From Marsupella aquatica (taxonomy: Eukaryota; Plantae; Marchantiophyta), in the NCBI GenBank assembly GCA_973895155.1, contig OZ316891.1, forward strand, positions 15,997,037 through 16,061,036: a stretch of 64,000 nt of DNA, read 5' to 3'. This document shows positions 63,590 through 64,000 of the stretch, piece by piece. The notes beneath the pieces were generated by a model. The model saw only the letters and a list, made by a program, of their open reading frames with translations. It had not been told where the DNA came from and ran no database searches. Position 1 is the stretch's first letter. Every line of letters starts with the position of its first letter. Position numbers and translations under genes: made by a program.

Positions 63590-64000
63590 TTGAAGGTAAT
63601 TTTGCAGATCTTGTTCAACATGGCATACATTGCTCGTCAGTTGCTGGATCCAAGATTTGGGCACCTTTGTATGGATCCCCCTTGCTGTTTTGAATGTGAT
63701 GAGGGAGGAACTGTTTTGTTTTGTGATGGCCCTTGTGGTCGCCATTTTCACTATGTAGTTGATGGCCACAACCCCGATGAGGAAGATGGCCATGGACCTA
63801 CATGTCAGCGGATTGTCATTTCCAGAGGTCATGATTGGGCTGCAGCTTGGCTTTGTGAACTCTGTTAGCAAAATAGAGGAAGATGTTTTGGTTGTGGACT
63901 TCTTGGCAGAACCTTGAGACCCACCATAGACGATCCCCTTGTGATCCAGTGTTCTCATGATGACTGCAACTCATTTTACCATGTGGGTTGTCTCTGAACA
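63590..64000 (+). pseudogene. Tandem atypical PHD fingers of EDM2/NSD type, running off the window end
   Basis: CFECDEGGTVLFCDGPCGRHFH...C...WLCELC*QNRGRCFGCG...VIQCSHDDCNSFYHVGCL, with an in-frame stop at 63866. Confidence 0.72.

Overview
Eukaryotic DNA, inferred to be from a land plant and probably a bryophyte (spliced genes, plant-type retroelements). It is almost entirely nested transposons beside one intact host gene, an alkaline ceramidase (54696-55773, minus strand). Bases 1 to about 24200 are a very large decaying DNA-transposon-like unit. It carries a MULE-type DDE transposase with a SWIM finger, a ParB/Srx-like gene, and a roughly 2,100-codon spliced gene that appears to fuse ParB-like, amino-methyltransferase-like, coiled-coil, ULP1 protease and FCP1/NIF phosphatase domains. 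Two different 15-16 bp palindromes are scattered through its introns and intergenic DNA in separate territories. Next is a chromovirus (24250-51632) whose LTRs end AGT...ACT instead of TG...CA. Its chromodomain is split by a Copia (26100-44663), which itself holds two 4-kb solo-LTR-like elements and a truncated Gypsy. Two different retroelement families here have about 4-kb LTRs that each contain a roughly 800-870-codon gene sharing a homologous domain; in one family the gene is flanked by copy-specific short-motif arrays. Two MITEs, LTR and LINE relics and a BRCT plus EDM2/NSD-type PHD pseudogene complete the window. All domain calls are by eye from motifs; no database search was run.
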